DNA from: Alkalispirochaeta sp.
GTDB lineage: Bacteria; Spirochaetota; Spirochaetia; DSM-27196; Alkalispirochaetaceae
Length of the DNA stretch: 19,722 nucleotides
Direction: 5' to 3'
Assembly (NCBI GenBank): GCA_965242725.1
Contig: CBDESZ010000029.1
Span: forward strand, 1-19,722
Made by a program: the position numbers and the translations under genes. Below, piece after piece: positions 16,921 through 19,722 of this stretch. The first letter of the stretch is position 1, and each line of letters begins with the position of its first letter. The notes under the pieces were generated by a model. That model did not search any database. It saw only the letters and a program-made list of their open reading frames with translations, and was not told where the DNA came from.

Positions 16921-16959
16921 GGAATCAAACGGACACTTTCGAATCGTTAATGACCGTAC

Positions 16960-16965
16960 TATACT
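16960..16965 (+). promoter_or_regulatory. -10 box of a probable leaderless TetR transcript
   Basis: TATACT lies 6 nt before ATG 16972, no SD. TTCGAA (16938-16943) is a possible -35. Confidence 0.55.
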
Positions 16966-16971
16966 GCCCCT

Positions 16972-17623
16972 ATGAAAGCCAATCGGCGTAACCTCATCAT
17001 CAAATCCGGAATGGACCTCTTCTCGCGCTACGGGTATCGCGATGTCTCGGTGGAGGACATCATGCGCGGCGCCGGACTGAGCGTGGGGACATTCTACAAA
17101 TACTTTCGCAGCAAGGAAAACTTCTATGAAGACATCCTGCGACTCATCCAGCGTGAAGGCATCCGCAAAGCCGAAGCGATGGTGGAGCGACTGCACTCTC
17201 CCATTAACAAGTTGCGGGCGGTCTATCGATTCGTCATTCTCGGTTTGCGACGGTATCCGATCCTGCGTGGTGTTCTCGGAAGGGACGAACGCTTTCTCTA
17301 TCCCGGTATTGACGTGGGCTCGGGAGGAATCGGGATTCTGCGCAAGCGGATTGAGGAGATCCTTGACGAAATCATACGTGAAGGATCGCGACGGAACGTC
17401 TTTCGGCCCGGCCTCTATCACAATGCGCACCGCCTGGTCGTCGTTCTGTTGGACACGGTCATTATCCATCTCGACGATCCTCATATCGACACCGTTTCCC
17501 AGGATATTGCTGACACTCATACAGCGCGGTCTGAAGCGGACGCTCCGGCTTCGTCGCCGGGCGGAACGGCTGGACCGGCGCCTTGAGCGTTCCGGTGAAG
17601 ATATCAATTGGCTTGAAACTTGA
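16972..17623 (+). CDS. TetR/AcrR-family transcriptional regulator, probable +1 insertion near 17498-17509 (as-read stop at 17586)
   Basis: HTH RRNLIIKSGMDLFSRYGYRDVSVEDIMRGAGLSVGTFYKYFRSKENFY. After about 17500 the +1 frame reads LTLIQRGLKR..., a typical terminal TetR helix, and ends at 17623. Confidence 0.88.
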
Positions 17624-17649
17624 CATGTTTTTGTAAAGCACTATACGCT
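17620..17649 (+). promoter_or_regulatory. Sigma70-type promoter of rny-ymdB
   Basis: Perfect TTGACA (17620-17625), 18 nt spacer, TACGCT (17644-17649). SD GGAGG at 17670-17674. Confidence 0.65.
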
Positions 17650-17681
17650 AAACGCTTAGAACGATTAGTGGAGGAAGGTAT

Positions 17682-19211
17682 ATGCAACTGGTTTTGTTGA
17701 TCACCCTTCCTCTTGCAGGTGTAATTCTAGGTTGGACGATTCGCTGGCTGTATGCCAGGTTTCAGCTGTCTTCGACTGAACAGCGTGCAGAGCGTCTGAA
17801 GAAAGACGCCGCGAAAGATGCGGAAGCACGCAAGAAAGAGCTGATACTAGAGACAAGAGATGCGCTTCAGCGCGAACGAAATGAACAGGAGCGGGAACTT
17901 CGGGAGCGGCAGAAAGAACTGCAGCGACTGGAACAACGACTGTTACAGAAAGAAGAGAACCTAGAAGCCAAGTCCAATGCCCTGGAAAAGGAGCAGCAGG
18001 ATCTGGCGTCCCGTGAGAGGAATCTAGACGAGCGAAATAAATTCCTGGAGGAGCAGGAAATCCATTGGCGGAACGAGATGGAGAGGATCTCCGGTCTCAC
18101 CCAGGAGGAAGCGAGAAAGCTCATCATCTCTTCATTGGAGGATGAGGCGCGTCACGAGGCGCAGGGACTCGTCAATAAGATAGAACAGGAAGCCGTCGCG
18201 ACGGCGGAAAAGACGGCCCGGGAAATTCTCGTCTCCACAGTCCAGCGCGTCGCAAGCGAGGTGAATACGGAAGTTACCGTTTCATCGGTGAGCCTCCCCA
18301 ACGACGAAATGAAGGGGCGTATCATCGGTCGGGAAGGGCGGAACATCCGTACTCTGGAGACCCTCACCGGCGTGGACATCATTATCGACGACACCCCCGA
18401 GGCGGTTGTCGTCTCGTGCTTTGAACCCGTCCGTAAAGAGATCGCTAAACGATCCCTTGAGCGCCTCGTCACCGACGGTCGCATCCATCCGACGCGCATT
18501 GAGGAGGTGGTTCAGAAAGTCACCGCCGATATGACGCAGACGATCTATGAAGAGGGTGAAAAGGTTCTTTACGACCTCAACATTCACCACATTCGTCCCG
18601 AGGGTGTTCGCGGGCTGGGACGCCTCGCGTTCCGGACGAGCTACGGTCAGAACGTTCTCGCCCACAGCAAAGAAGTTGCCGTGCTTGCGGGGACGATCGC
18701 CGCAGAGATCGGCGCCGACGTGGAAATCGCCAAGCGGGGCGGAATCCTTCACGACATCGGGAAGGGCATCGAGACCGACGGGGACAGTAACCATGTAGAG
18801 CTTGGAGTTGAGCTGGCGAAGCGGCTGGGTGAAGACGCCCGCGTCATTAACTGTATCGCCGCACACCACGGCGATGTGCCCCACAACTGCATTGAGTCGG
18901 TGATCGTTCAGGTTGCCGACGCGATTTCCGCGTCACGTCCGGGAGCGCGCCGGGAAACCCTTGATAACTACATCAAGCGCCTTGAAAACCTCGAGGCGAT
19001 CGCCGAGGAATATGACGGCGTTGAAAAGGCGTATGCGATTCAGGCAGGTCGGGAGCTCCGCATCATGGTCAACCACGAAAAGGTGAGCGACCAGGAAGCG
19101 CGGGAAATCGCGAAGAAAATCGCCCGCAATATCGAGGATCAGTTGCGCTATCCCGGTAGAATCAAAGTGACGATGATTCGGGAAACCCGGGTCGTCGAAT
19201 ACGCGCGATAG
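17682..19211 (+). CDS. rny: Ribonuclease Y
   Basis: N-terminal TM, long coiled coil, KH domain EMKGRIIGREGRNIR, FRTSYGQN, HD domain LHDIGK, ADAISASRPGAR, AIQAGRELR. Confidence 0.98.
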   Translation: MQLVLLITLPLAGVILGWTIRWLYARFQLSSTEQRAERLKKDAAKDAEARKKELILETRDALQRERNEQERELRERQKELQRLEQRLLQKEENLEAKSNALEKEQQDLASRERNLDERNKFLEEQEIHWRNEMERISGLTQEEARKLIISSLEDEARHEAQGLVNKIEQEAVATAEKTAREILVSTVQRVASEVNTEVTVSSVSLPNDEMKGRIIGREGRNIRTLETLTGVDIIIDDTPEAVVVSCFEPVRKEIAKRSLERLVTDGRIHPTRIEEVVQKVTADMTQTIYEEGEKVLYDLNIHHIRPEGVRGLGRLAFRTSYGQNVLAHSKEVAVLAGTIAAEIGADVEIAKRGGILHDIGKGIETDGDSNHVELGVELAKRLGEDARVINCIAAHHGDVPHNCIESVIVQVADAISASRPGARRETLDNYIKRLENLEAIAEEYDGVEKAYAIQAGRELRIMVNHEKVSDQEAREIAKKIARNIEDQLRYPGRIKVTMIRETRVVEYAR

Positions 19212-19214
19212 TCT

Positions 19215-19722
19215 ATGCGAATCCTCATTCTGGGAGACGTCATCGGCCGGTCGGGCATGCGCGCCGTGGTGAGCGCCCTGAAAGGGCTCACCCGGCAGTA
19301 TCGCGCCGATGTGGTCGTCGTCAACGGTGAGAATGCGGCCGACGGGTTCGGGATCACGTCCCAACTGGCGGACCAGCTCTTCAAAGCGGGGGCCGACGTG
19401 ATTACCACCGGTAATCACGTCTGGCGTCACGATGAAATCGCGGAACTCCTGAACAATACCCCCAATATACTGAGACCCGACAACTATCCGGGAAACGCTC
19501 CGGGAAGCGGTGTCTATATTCACGAGGGAAAGAGCGGCCGCCTGGCGGTGGTGAACCTCCAGGGCCGTGATCGTATGGCTGCGATCGACTGTCCCTTCCG
19601 GCGTGGGCGGGAAATTGTGAAGCGTCTGAAGAACCAGGCCGACGCCATCGTCGTCGATTTTCACGCCGAGTCCACGGAAGAAAAGGAAGCCCTCGCACAC
19701 TATCTCGACGGCGATGTCGTTG
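19215..19722 (+). CDS. ymdB: TIGR00282/YmdB-family metallophosphoesterase (2',3'-cNMP phosphodiesterase), truncated by the window end
   Basis: Translated by hand from ATG 19215: MRILILGDVIGRSG...VNGENAADGFGIT...ITTGNHVW...LRPDNYP...NLQGR...DFHAESTEEK. Classic position after rny. Confidence 0.93.
   Translation, partial: MRILILGDVIGRSGMRAVVSALKGLTRQYRADVVVVNGENAADGFGITSQLADQLFKAGADVITTGNHVWRHDEIAELLNNTPNILRPDNYPGNAPGSGVYIHEGKSGRLAVVNLQGRDRMAAIDCPFRRGREIVKRLKNQADAIVVDFHAESTEEKEALAHYLDGDVV

Overview
Chromosomal core region of a GC-rich spirochaete, most likely a free-living Spirochaetaceae member. This is inferred from gene order (rpsB-tsf-frr-uppS-cdsA-rseP without pyrH, dnaB-ComFB, rny-ymdB) and protein style. 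Left half: dnaB (broken by two single-base insertions, probably assembly errors) and a Cys-less ComFB-family gene. These converge on the minus-strand block HK-maf-rpsB-tsf-frr-uppS-cdsA-rseP-secreted beta-propeller. Right half: tRNA-Arg(CCG), a soluble chemoreceptor with a C-terminal solute-binding domain, an EetB/FmnA-like (Gx transporter + EcfT-like) membrane pair, a tandem VOC protein, a PLP alpha-oxoamine synthase, a divergent TetR regulator, rny and the start of ymdB. The most interesting item is the alpha-oxoamine synthase. It carries the signatures of SulA/CapB cysteate acyltransferases, including the second Lys 30 residues after the PLP Lys, which suggests capnine/sulfonolipid synthesis, a Bacteroidota trait, in a spirochaete. 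No mobile element or CRISPR array is seen.
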